Source: Fimbriosthenelais zetlandica
Taxonomy: Eukaryota
DNA: 64,000 bases
Assembly (NCBI GenBank): GCA_977030845.1
Contig: OZ365110.1
Span: 21,266,001-21,330,000 of the forward strand
Direction of reading: 5' to 3'
Of the stretch, positions 9,217 through 21,965 are shown piece after piece (the stretch's first letter is position 1; each line of letters starts with the position of its first letter). The position numbers and the translations under genes are program-made. The notes beneath the pieces are model-generated. The model did not search any database, was not told where the DNA came from, and saw nothing but the letters and a program-made list of their open reading frames with translations.

Positions 9217-12200
9217 ATGGGTCGAAAGCTAATTGATAATACAGAGCGGCCAGTTAAAGGGCCAGGCAAGAAAACCAAAAAACAAGAAGCTCCGACTGTC
9301 CCTGCACATCTTAAAGCCAGTCTGAAAAAAGGTAGGTCGGATCAACGAGTAATAGGAGATCTAAAGCCGTTGTTGGTCAGATTAACTTCTTATAGAAATC
9401 GTAGGCTAACAGTTTAAGGGCAGATCTCTTAAATTTAAGATCTAGATCTATACTCTGTAGCCTGTACCCTAATGTCTCTTTTCCTAATCCTTGACCGTCT
9501 AGGCTGTAGCCTAGCCCTAGACAATAATTATGATCGGCTCCTTACCCCGGGCTGGAACACACAGGGATGGATATTTTATCTAGCCTAGCCCTAGGTTAAT
9601 ACTATAGGTATACGGTACCGTAGGTGAAAGTATGCCTGCTGAATTGAAAACCATTTACTTTAGTTGAATCATAATTATTATATACCGGTTCATATTATAC
9701 TATTTATAATATCTGGCCGAATAAACAGCTTATTTCGAACTGGACTTGCATATTATAAGGATAATATTTTACTTTATAATTATTTTATTTCAGAGAAGAA
9801 AGACCTCTCCACATTAAGCAGTCGACAAAAGCAGAGGTAAAAATATAATTTTTGTATAAATCAATTTATAATTACCGGTATGCCTACATTTCTTCAATCC
9901 AATGGTAAAATGTAGGATGCAAACAATTGCATGAATAACAAATGCCAACCCTTTACCTGACTTTGTACAGGGCGAAAAAACGACGAGAAAAACAACAGTT
10001 GAAATTGTCAAAAAAAAATGTAAAAGTAAAAGAGGAGGAAGATGTGGACGACAACAGCGATGAGGAAGAATCTGAAGGTGAGTTTTACAAAGTAACACTG
10101 TCAGGGATGTCTGTTGGAAATTATTAAAAATAAATTATGAAGAGCATAGGAATAGAGCAAGGTCACTTCAATGCCACCGTATCTGACCCCCAAAAAATTA
10201 ATACTAATTTCGAGTGGCTCTGTAAAATATTATTTGTCCTCTGTACTACTTGCCCGAATAAAACCATGACTACATTGTATATACATTCATACATTAATTA
10301 GTCACATTCTCTTTGATATTACCTTTATAGGGGAAGAGATGGAAAGTAAAGGATTCACAGATAGCAATAAAGAATGGCTGAAACCAGTAAGAAAAGAAAG
10401 CCTTCCTATGGAAGATGACAGTGACGATGATTTAGTAAGTATTTTAATGGCCAATTAAAAAATTGCATAATTTACATTGGCGTACCTGTACCATAAAGCT
10501 ACATGTATGAGTTAATGTAAATCTCGCTTCTGTTAGTAAAAGTTAATTTTAAATCTTTTCTTTATTAAACCGTTTACAAAATAGTGTAAGAACTAAATTT
10601 CCCGCCCCCAGCCCAGGTCAGAGGTTTCTTTTTGTTTTAAGTGTCTAATTCTATTTTCTAGCCCGAGGATGACTTTGGAGAAGAGAGTGAAAGTGAGGAG
10701 GATGAGGAAGGTGATTCAAGTGACAGTGATGATGATGAGAGTGATGCTAGTCAAGATGAAGATGTAAGTTTTATAATCCTAGCCTAATCTAATTGATTTA
10801 GTCACAGCCTTTCCTAAATTCCATCTGTCAAATTCAGTTATTCCCCACTAAACCACCCCATAAGCTGGTAATTATGTAAATTTATTTTAATACACAACTC
10901 ACCTAGAGCAATATAACATTACGTTTTTGTTTTTAAATTTCTTACAGATGCTTCCAGTGGAAAAGAAGGCCAAAAAACTCGCTAAGAAGCAGGCGCGCAA
11001 CGAGTAAGTAGTTTTCTCCCCTTTACTTAGCCTAATGTCATGTAAACTGATGATGTGGGTTCACTAATTGTGTAATTTCTTTTCCTTTCAGCAAATTAGC
11101 TGCCGATGAATTACAGACCAATATTGCGAAATCTGAAACGTATACCTTGCCAAGTGGGCAAGAAATTCAGAAAGAAGATATCCTTTGTCAAAAATATTGT
11201 TTTTAGTAAGATGAGATGGTAAAGTATAAGAATTAGTCATAAGTGTTATTAGCTTCACACCTTTCCATGTTTTAACTTTTTACCTTAACCTTCTAACGTA
11301 TGCTTGCACCAGACTTGCAAATTGTGCAACAAAGAATAAAGGATGTTCAAGAAGTTCTTGGGGACTTTTCTGCAAGGCGAGAGCCAGAGAGGTAGGACTC
11401 GTACTCGCTGTAAAATTACATTTCCTAACGTTCAGTGTATTGCTGCTGTAAACCTTTAAGGAAAATAATTCATCATCAGGCTTACATGCTAACAATGTGT
11501 TCAATATTTATTTTCAAGGCAAAGAAAAGATTATATTGAACAGTTACGTCGAGACCTTTGCACCTACTACAGCTACAACGAATATCTGATGGAAAAGATA
11601 ATGCAACTCTTCCCTCATGAGGTACTGAACAAACCGATAATCCAATGATTCCCTTGTATTTTTCCTTTAAAAATTGGCATATACTGACCGATTGAATAAA
11701 GAATGAACTGTTTAAAATATTTCATTATAAATATAACTGATCAAATTTCTTTGTTATTAGATGACCGAGTTTCTGGAAGCTAATGAGGTACAGCGCCCTG
11801 TGACTATAAGAACGAACACATTAAAGACTAGGAGACGAGACTTGGCTCAGGCACTCATTAACCGAGGTGTCAATCTAGATCCTATTGGTAAATGGTCAAA
11901 GGTCGGCCTGGTGGTCTACGACTCGCAAGTTCCCCTTGGTTAGTTTGAATAATTTTTAGATAAATTTTAAGCAACGTTATTCTTTCAGTTTTGGGGCTTT
12001 TTGGCATAATAAGGTCATCATGGTATAACTTTATTTAGTATATATTTTGAATGTTTACCTTGTAGGTGCCACCCCCGAGTATTTAGCAGGGCATTACATG
12101 TTACAGGGAGGCTCTAGTTTCCTCCCCGTCATGGCCTTAGCTCCACAGGAACAGGAGAAGATTTTAGATCTGGCCTCAGCCCCTGGTGGCAAAACAACAT

Positions 12201-14623
12201 ATATAGGTAAGCTGATTCTAGGTCTACTTATTGAAAAAAAATTAACAGAAATTACTCAATGTGAATTACTTGAGTGCATGTTTTTAGGAAAATAGTGGTT
12301 CCACTTTGGCTAATACTAAAAAAACGTATGTTAAATTTCCAGTAATTTCTTTCTCGTACTGAAATTTTATATTTTGTTTCAGCCCAGCTCATGAGGAATA
12401 CGGGAATGCTGTTTGCTAACGATGCTAACCCTGACAGAAACAAAGCTACAGTTGGCAACTTGCACCGACTTGGGATAACTAATAGTGTGGTGAGCACATA
12501 TGATGGCCGACAGTATCCGAAGGTAAAGCTCAAACTCAGCTGATTCATTGACTCACACTACACTTACAAATATCCTGTATTAACAAGCCTGAAGTTATAT
12601 AAAGAGAAGCAAATCTGCTCTATCGCAGTATAAATCATATGGTATCAATCTGCTTCCTTTCTATACAGATCATGAAAGGATTTGACAGAGTCTTGTTGGA
12701 CGCTCCATGCAGTGGTACCGGTGTTATCGCCAAAGATCCAGCTGTCAAAGTCAACAAGGTAATTCACCTCTTCTGAATTTCTGTTAATAATTCTGAGGGT
12801 TTCCTCTACCAATGGATAGGCAAAATATAATGCCTTCTGGTGATTGTACTTTATTAGGTTGTGTTAAGATGAACTGATGCTTTCTTAATATTCTAAAAGA
12901 CTTCACTAAACTGAATATTGTATATAATATATTTAGGACGAGAAGGACGTACTCAGATGTTCACACATACAGAAGGAACTTATACTCGCAGCCATTGACT
13001 GTTGTGACGCTAAGTCTAACACTGGCGGCTACATCGTCTACTCAACCTGCTCTGTCTTGGTAGGTCATAATTATATCGATGGCAGCTATAGAGCATATAA
13101 CTTAAATCGTAAATGTTTATCGATATTTCATATAATACTCTCATAATAATTTGTTTCTACTTAACTGAACTTTAAATATATTTCAAACTTTAATTATTTA
13201 TCTAAGTATTTTTAGATTTACCCAGCACATGATTTAGATATCCTTATATCCATTACTTGTACCGTACTTGCCGGTGTATAACGCGCAACTTTTTGACCTG
13301 GTAATTGGCCAAAATCGGGGCCTGCGCGTTATACACCGGAGCGCATTATATATGGATTTTTCTCACATGGTGACTGCCAAATTCGATCTAAGTTCGGCGG
13401 GACCATGCTTGTCAGACTTCAAATGGACGCATGGTGGGAGGCAGCCGACTATGTCCACGGATTAGTGGTCGGCTAATTAGTCCATACAGAAAAGCTATGT
13501 TGCCTTGAGATGGCTATTGTGTCTGGGAGGACACTGTCTGGGGTGGGAGAAACGGGTATACAAATTGCGCGTTATACACCGGTGCGCACTGTATATGGAT
13601 TTTACTTGAGAGGTAGGGGGGTGCGCGTTATAGTCCGGAGCGCGTTATACACCGGCAAGTACGGTATATGCCTATGTACACATAATTATTTATTTCTTCT
13701 TCTAACAGGTGGAAGAGAACGAATGGGTCATTGATTATGCGCTCAAGAAGCGGAATGTGAAACTTGTGCAAACAGGTCTGGATTTCGGACGGCAAGGCTT
13801 TGTGAAGTAAGTATGAATGAATTGGTACTGATACAAGATTCATAATAAATTGGAATTTAAAAATATGGATAATATCCTACTTGAATCGGCTTGCGTTGCA
13901 TTTCTATAGTTTAATGCATAATCTTTATTTGTTATAAATAGGTTTGATGGTCACCATTTCCACCAAACCCTGAACCTCACCCGTCGGTTTTATCCCCACA
14001 CACACAACATGGATGGATTCTTTGTCGCTAAATTAAAGAAATTCTCCAATGAAATCCCCAAGAAATGTGAGTTTTCTCCATATTTTAATGCGTATCATAT
14101 TAAAGTTATTCTCAATTCCAAAGTGGAATTATTCAGCAATTTTTCAGTATCTTGTGGTTCCTTAAATGAATGACCGGGTTTCAGATGACAATCCTCTTAT
14201 CTTTGCTAGTGTTAACCTTTCTAAGCAGAGTATGAAATATGATCTGTGTCCCAAAAGAGAAATTCATTACAAGTCTATTTCTTTATAGCTGATGAGAAGG
14301 GAGAGGAAGGGGAAGTTGGAGAGGGATCCTCATTCTTATCAGACGCTCAGGAATCAGATAGTGATGAATCCACACCCACGAAACAACCCAAAACAGCCGG
14401 GCCCAAAAAACCGTCCCCTCAGAAATTGAAGGGAAAATCACCTGTGGATAACAAGTCTTCCTCCCCCGGCAAACGAAGCAAAGACATGAAAAAGAAATCT
14501 GGGCAGAGCCCAGGGAAGAATTCTGCTGATAAATCCCCCGTTTCTAAGACACCTAACTCACAGAAAAAGAGAAAATCACAGGGCTTTAAAAAAGGCAGTG
14601 CAAAGAAAGTCAAGTTGAATTAA
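9217..14623 (+). CDS. NOP2: NOP2/NSUN1 28S rRNA cytosine-C5 methyltransferase, 17 coding exons
   Basis: Exons 9217-9331, 9794-9836, 9971-10077, 10331-10434, 10662-10763, 10948-11003, 11092-11177, 11298-11391, 11519-11621, 11761-11938, 12066-12206, 12383-12522, 12669-12758, 12937-13059, 13709-13806, 13942-14066, 14289-14623. Diagnostic motifs [79 protein letters not shown] (motif IV Cys), IVYSTCS (motif VI Cys), [17 protein letters not shown]. Confidence 0.97.
11178..11297 (+). other. U12-type (minor spliceosome) AT-AC intron in NOP2
   Basis: 5' end ATATCCTTT, branch site TACCTTAAC at 11281-11289, 3' end AC; removal restores [19 protein letters not shown] in frame. Confidence 0.92.
13262..13664. 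mobile_element. MITE of Tc1/mariner superfamily (Tc2/pogo-like CCGTA ends) in NOP2 intron
   Basis: 25-bp perfect TIRs CCGTACTTGCCGGTGTATAACGCGC, TA target duplication at 13260-13261 and 13665-13666, internal GCGCGTTATACACCGG subrepeats. Confidence 0.88.
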
Positions 14624-14753
14624 TTTCTGATAATAAGGTTTTAGCCTGTAAATATTTTCCGAGGGGAAGCAGTAAGTAAATCAGCATATGATTAATATGG
14701 TCACCATGATACCATAACATTAATCCCTCTATTATTTTTCCTGCAATGTCAGC

Positions 14754-14759
14754 AATAAA
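14754..14759 (+). terminator. NOP2 polyadenylation signal
   Basis: AATAAA ~130 nt after the stop. Confidence 0.5.
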
Positions 14760-15570
14760 ATACACTGAGCAATAATTTTCTTAGTTATTTGTGTTCATTT
14801 CAATGATGAAACGGGATACACGAAATCGATACTACAATCAAACAGAAAGTTATACCTATTGTTAAATATCATTGACAGGTCACGACATCACAAAACAGTT
14901 GTCAGTATTCGGGAAGCATGTAAACATATATAATTAAAACGTGTATAGAATTCATCTGACGAGTTCCCTGCTATCGGACTAAAGTAATTTAGGAAATACG
15001 AATACTCTCATTATGACAAAGAGTAATATCATATATGATGTTCATTATTAACATGATAGCCGGTTAACATCATTGTTGAACTGGGATGAGGTAATCTATG
15101 AAGAAATCATACCTTCAGGCAACATGTTCAAGGCATTATCCTGCCTTGTTTTATTATCTTTTAAACCTGCACTGAATATGTTTACATGTATACGTGTAAT
15201 TCTCGCCTTTATAAGTTTTATTACTATTATGTAAAAGCGATGCAGTACATATTCAAGGTGTATTCTAATAGCCAACAAGATTCGCTTCTTGAAAAATTGT
15301 CTAATTAAAGTAAAAGGTATCCCTTTACGATATTTTGTTGACTTGATTGTTTGATTCCATTTAAGGGCATTTGTCACTTTAAAACATAAACCTATCAACT
15401 TTAAAAGCCCGGCCTTAAACGCCTTCACTTAGATAGTTGGTTGTTGGTTGTGAGCATAACAACTTGGTATATGAGAACTGTAGGCAACATTTGACATCGC
15501 CTTTTTGGGAATTGATCGGCTGAGAAAATTTCAAAGCTATACTGAATTGTTTTTCCATGTCATTGTAACC

Positions 15571-18500
15571 ATGAATATCATTCAGATATTTGTGCTATTT
15601 CTCTCTATAACAAAATACCTGATGATCGTCTCATCTAACCAGGGACTCCAAGATCATGTGAACATAATTCTCTCACATGGACTAAAACGAGTGGATGGAT
15701 TCAGGACACCAAATGAAATCTACAAATCACTACTCATTCCGGTTAAAATTGTCAGAGATGTATGTTTCAACCCACAACTTCTGGATCTAAAAAATTTACA
15801 GCGATACAAAAAATCATTAGTGTTCCCATGTGGGGGAATATCCCTTAAATTTTCCCAAGGACCGCTACTATTCACATGGTTAATACAAGTACTCAAATCC
15901 ACCTGGTTAAGTATCAGATTTACAAGATTTAAGATGATGTACTCCGGACAAGACTGCTCAGGCAACAGGATACGTCTCGACTTCAAAGCTAGTGAAAATG
16001 CATGTACATGTACACATGCAAAGTACTATTTTTGTGGAGAGAGGGAGCCTTGGACTATTGCCTATCAAAGTAGTTTGGCTACAATTGATCTTGAGATAAT
16101 TGATTACCCAGATGATATTGATATCACATTTTTCTACGAGTCAGTAATCCTGACTGATGGACTGGTGGACGAGAAAGAATCAGACTGTCTCAGTTCCGCA
16201 GTTCAACACACTGGACCATTACCGTTTACTTTGCATTCCCAAGAAATCATTTCCACAATTTCTGTTGGACAAACCAAACCGATCATTGTGCGCCGGTGGA
16301 TCTTACAAGGGATAATAGGCCACTTCTATGATCTAAACCTTTCCCTATGGTGTTCACTATACTGCGAATTAACTGTGTTCAGAACGGCTGTGAAGAATGA
16401 ATTTACAGTATATAACATCATACCTTACAAAGATGAGAATGTTACTTCCCACAAATTAAGGTTGGAATTCCAAAGCATTTTAGAACTCAAGTCTTTGTAT
16501 GGAGCCAGTCCAAGTATGAATCTTTCTTCAACGATAGATGTTAAAGGGCACGTGAAGAATATGGAGATACGATCAAAGGAAAAACATATACTTTCCTTTT
16601 CAAATAGCACGTTCATTGGGCTTCATGTCTGGCATAACTCTTCGGTCATATATCGGAGTATTGTTGCTACAGTAAGTGTTGAATCTGCTTCGGGAACTAA
16701 CACTCCAAACTGCCTTCATGGTGGCATTGTCTTATTTGACAGCAAGCACGCTCTCAAGCATATGATAGGGCCATACTGTGGTGCTTACCCCTCAGATCCT
16801 CTCTATAACAAAGAAATCTTTGAAGTTACGAGTACTGATAGTTCCATCTATGTCTTCCTATATAGTATGCGAGGGCACTTTGCATTGAAAGGTAAGATTG
16901 CGTTTACCACCAGTCCTTGCGTTGGTGTATGGCTAAGACCATTTGACCATTCATTGCATGAAATGATTCATCCACTGGAACACCTTTTCCACAATCCTGG
17001 GGAAGTACCTTATAATAAAGGGTTTGTCCGAGTAAAAAATTCTGTGGAACCAATAAAAGAGTATACATTCGAATGGCTTTCTCGCATTTATGAAGCATTT
17101 CCACCCAATCGTTATGGGTACCGTTTCAATGTAACATCAGTTACATTAGAAAGGCATTGTCTCAGGGGCTATAACCTTCCCTATGTTCATGATTACGTCC
17201 ATTACTACTATTCTTTTAGAGCAAGATTACCATTTTTTGACCGCTTGGAACTAGTGAAAACGTATCAAACTGTGCTTGACACAACAAATGGATTCAATAC
17301 AACTTGCCAGTCTCTTGTATTTATAACAGATCATGTTATAAGTAGAGTACATGGTTTATATTTGGGTTCTGACTGTTTCTGGTTTATGCCTATCATCTAT
17401 GTGCAGTATGAAACTAAACGCGAGGAGTGCTACCATTATTTGTACACCGTTCCTGTTAGTACAGCAGATATTCATCATTCAAATGATATTCCTGACATCC
17501 ACACATATGAATGTTCTAATATCCAACTGAGATTTCTAAAAGATGGGCTTTGGCAATTCAAGATCACGGCACGTCTAAATAAACCAAGAAATCTTCTTGC
17601 AATTGACTGGTGGGTGACTTATATCCAAGCTTTCAACAACATCCGGCTGAGAATCACATTTCAGAAGGTGGACTCAAAGGAGGAAAGATCAGAGGCCATC
17701 TTCCTTTACAGGGATATTGACAAGGAGAGAGGTGTTTATGTGAGTAACATCACAAGTAGCTTTTCATTAATGTCCTCTGCAAACAGAGGTTATATATCCC
17801 TGTCATGCAACTCATCAGCATGTCACAATGGGTCTTATTTCATCAAGGTTGTCACTGTGTATGGTGATGTCCATGGAAGAATGGGCATTCCATACCCAAG
17901 AGGAAACTTCAAGAAGGGAGCCAAGAACGTTTGCACCAGAAATGCATGTTATCACAAAATTAAGACAATCACCGGGACCTGGTCGCAGGCTGAGTCAATT
18001 TGCCAGGCACATGGTTGGGAACTTTTGGCCCCTCACTCGCAAACTGAAGTTTTATTACTTTACAAGTTCATTAAGGAATCTACTGCAGGATCAAATACAT
18101 CTGCTGTATTTCTCGGCTTTATACAGGACGAGACTGTGAGTAAAAAAAATTGTTCTATTATGAATTAAGTACTCGATCATTCTGATGATAATATACAAGC
18201 CATTATAATCTCCCAAACGCATTTTTTGTACAATGGGAAGTTATTCGGAGAAGGCCCTATGCACAACAAAAAACTCTCAGATTAAATTATTTAATGTACA
18301 TTATGTATAAACTTCTATTAAAGTGTTCTGTCAGTAGAAATCGTAAACAATTATTATCTGTTTGTTTCCGTCATTGTAGGATATATTTCGTGATGGACAT
18401 GGTCGGCCACTGGCATACACCCAGAACCTGTTAAAAGACGATCTGCCATTGCCATTTCATCAAATCTCAAGTTTTGAAGAATATCCCAATCCTGGTAACA

Positions 18501-21382
18501 TACACGTCTATAACTTCATCTCAGGACAGGCTAAAACAGAACCATCAGAACTCAATGTCACCACCCGGCACTGCCTCTTGTTGTTGCATTATATTCCATC
18601 ATATCCCTTGGTAAGAGTTCTTTGCAATAAAACTATAGAAAATGGAATGATCATCTGTCAGAAGTCACACGGTACAGCAAACTTTTCCAGCAATTATCCT
18701 GAAGTTTCACGAGATTTAGTTTCGCGAATCGTGGAGAATGGGACTAAAGCTATACTAATGCAACCAATGAGCACATGTCAAACTAACTGGCATCTGACTG
18801 AATACGGCAAATGTATAAAGCAATTAACAGTTCCCTGCGAGGGCGTGATAGATGGCAAATTTTTCTGTTATTTTAAGGCAGGTAAAAATAAGGCTATCAG
18901 GAGAGTATGTAATGCACACAATGCAGAAACAGCTCATATTGACCCTTTTCGCCAGGGCGAGTTGGAGCTAGATAAGCCTTTTACAAATGACATTGGATTT
19001 GTATCAAGTGTACTTTCTAAAGAAGGAGGATATTCTGCATCTATTGTGATGAGCAGTACCCCACCAATTTTGATTCACTGGTCAATTGGCTTCTATCAGT
19101 TGGAGGTCTCAAAATATACTTGGGGGAACATGGAATTGCGGAATCCTGACGTATGTTCAAATCCATGTTTTGTACTTTGCTCACAGGACGCAAAATTAAG
19201 GACATCCGACTGTCCGCCACATACTTTTGGCTGTGACGAAGGCACCTGCGTCCTAAAGTCACGCAGGTGTGATGGCTTTGATGATTGCCCCGATGGTTCA
19301 GATGAACTTAACTGTGATCCAACTTGTTGCATTCATGGTGATGTTTACGTGAACCTGACTTACTGTCGGTTTCAATGCAGAAGTCCATGGTGCACTTGCT
19401 TTGTTCCATACCTTCAATGCTCAAGTGGGGGATGTGTTTCATCCATTGTTGTTTGTGATGGTCATGATGATTGTGCTGATGCATCGGATGAGATAATCTG
19501 CGATGGAGCAAATGGAAACAAGACTTTCTCCAATACATCTCTAGGGTCACAAAAACAAAAGTCAAGGACAGTGTCTGATCTATTCTGTGTTTATGATAGG
19601 ACACGCATCCTATCCAGTCAAAGCTTGGAAGCATGTGCCTATTTTACTTGTCCTAATATGTTTAAGTGTGGTTCAGAATATTGCATTAATCATTACCATG
19701 TATGTGATGGGGTCGTAGATTGTCCATTTGGTGAAGATGAACTCTCCTGTAAATCCACTTTGTCTTGTCCTTATATGTTACTTTGTGATGGGCACACATG
19801 CCTTCGTAATGAAAATATTTGTGATGGCGTCATTGATTGCTTGCATTATGGAGATGATGAGAGATTTTGTTCCGATTATCAATGCCCTGAAAACTGCTCC
19901 TGTGAAGATCAAATTACATCATGTCAGAACATCCAAAACTTGTCAACTATGCCATTTGCTGGAGATACAAAAGTATTAGTACTGCGAAATAGCACACCTT
20001 ATTTGGCTCCCGGTGATCTGCAGAAATTCCCTCTGCTTGTGTATCTTGACATGGAACATAATCAAATATCTGGAATCCCCAGGGGATTTTTTGGCAATGA
20101 CTTGAAACTGGTCACGTTAATTCTAAGATATAACAACATATCAGAAGTTAATCAGGTTACATTTGAAAATCTAATTCATCTCAAATACCTTGATTTGTCC
20201 TTCAATCCTCTTAATATAGTTGGGGATTCACCATTTGGTCTCCTTTCTTCACTGGAGACCCTGAAACTTGATGGGGTGCGTTTGCTAGATATTCATGGTT
20301 GTGTGTTTTGTGGTATGCTTTCGTTAAAATACCTCAGCATGGAAGATATTAATCTCCAGGGCTTTACCGAAGATATGCTATTCAGTGTTCATCTTCAAGT
20401 ACTAAATGTCCAAAATGTTACAATCCTACCCCAGGATATATTTAGGGCTTTGGATTTGTCAGAAACAGTCATCATCAATGATCCTGAACTTTGCTGCATC
20501 AAGCATTATGCCATAAAGTGCAATGAAATCAAAGGCAACTGCAGTACACTACTTGTCCAGAAGAACCTAGGCACAATAGTCATATCTGTTGGCTGTATCA
20601 TTATCTTATTTAGTCTGATGATTTTTATCAAGGGGATCGCCAAAGACAAAATTACGGAGAGAATGATACAGAAAAGTGCATTGCTCTTCGCTGATTTATG
20701 CATGGGCGTTGATCTATTTCTCCTCGGCTTTTTTGATTTGACCCATAGTAATGGTTACCCTTGGGAAATCAGGGATTTTATGGAAAGTTCAATTTGTAAA
20801 GGGATGGCTACTGTATCACTTACTGGGTTGTTATTGAATATATCGTGCTCATTGTCAGAAGCAATCACCATCTTAAATATAGTAACTACACCTCTTGGTA
20901 GATACAAGCAAGGGAGATTTTATGTAGTGCAGTCTTTTTTGCCTAATTGTTTGTTCATTTTCGATGGGTCTGTGGCCATCGTGTGGAGAAATATGATTAT
21001 TTCAACCAACAGGTTATGCTTGTTTATCACCCCTGATCTTGAACTACTACAGAAATACATATGCTGCTTTACTCTAGTATATACTTTGACCAGTCTCTTG
21101 TCAGTATTATTCCTTGTTATAAAAATACAAAATACTTTAAAGGAAAGTCGAAGGGCATCAAAAAGAGACAACACAAAGTTAGAGAGAAATATGCTTCAGA
21201 GGAATATTGCATCAGCGCTGACAGCTTTCCTGAATGGATCCTTCGTTATTACACTTTGCCTCATAAACTTTTTTAACATCAACCTCCCTGGTCCAATAAT
21301 CATGACTCCTATCATCTCTGTCTGCTTAATTATTGGTTGTCTGAATGTCATTTTTCACATAAAAGTCGCTGGAATTTACTGA
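15571..21382 (+). CDS. GRL101-like LDLa-LRR 7TM receptor with CUB-like and C-type lectin-like N-terminal extension, ~1855 aa, 2 exons
   Basis: Exons 15571-18135 and 18380-21382 (GT-AG, phase 0, join QDET|DIFRDG). Signal peptide MNIIQIFVLFLSITKYL; CUB-like stretches (FCGEREP; GPYCG..VTSTDSSIYVFLYS); CTLD start CYHKIKTITGTWSQAESICQAHGWEL; four LDLa repeats (e.g. CDEGTCVLKSRRCDGFDDCPDGSDELNC); LRRNT CPENCSC; LRRs (LVYLDMEHNQIS, LKYLDLSFNPL); seven hydrophobic segments. Confidence 0.88.
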
Positions 21383-21800
21383 ACAGGATTGCTGTTCTGC
21401 AAGCTTTTGTCTTTGACTAATAATTATGTTATGCTGCTTTACTCTAGTATATACTTTGACCAGTCTCTTGTCAGTATTATTCCTTGTTATAAAAATACAA
21501 ATTACTTTAAAGGAAAGTCGAAGGGCATCAAAAAGAGACAACACAAAGTTAGAGAGAAATATGCTTCAGAGGAATATTGCATCAGCGCTGACAGCTTTCC
21601 TGAATGGATCCTTCGTTATTACACTTTGCCTCATAAACTTTTTTAACATCAACCTCCCTGGTCCAATAATCATGACTCCTATCATCTCTGTCTGCTTAAT
21701 TATTGGTTGTCTGAATGTCATTTTTCACATAAAAGTCGCTGGAATTTACTGAACAGGATTGCTGTTCTGCAAGCTTTTGTCTTTGACTAATAATTATGTT
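21061..21800. repeat. Direct tandem duplication, 2 x 370 bp, of the receptor 3' end (TM5-TM7, stop, start of 3'UTR)
   Basis: 21061-21430 and 21431-21800 near identical; one difference seen (AAT to ATT, N to I). Confidence 0.95.
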
Positions 21801-21965
21801 ATTTAAAACAAATATGATAAGTATAGCAGATTGTTGCTATGCTATGATTGTTGCAGATTGTTGTAGGGAAATTCAAGAATTGTAATTGTTCGATTTCATA
21901 TACGAAATAAAACCAATGTGTTCGGCAGGCGCGTTTTGGTGTTCGGTGTTTGAGTGAATCATAAA

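Noticed and set aside
10130-10190. Possible C/D snoRNA in NOP2 intron (and similar in 11622-11760)
   Set aside because: C box degenerate, no terminal stem, no recognisable rRNA complement.
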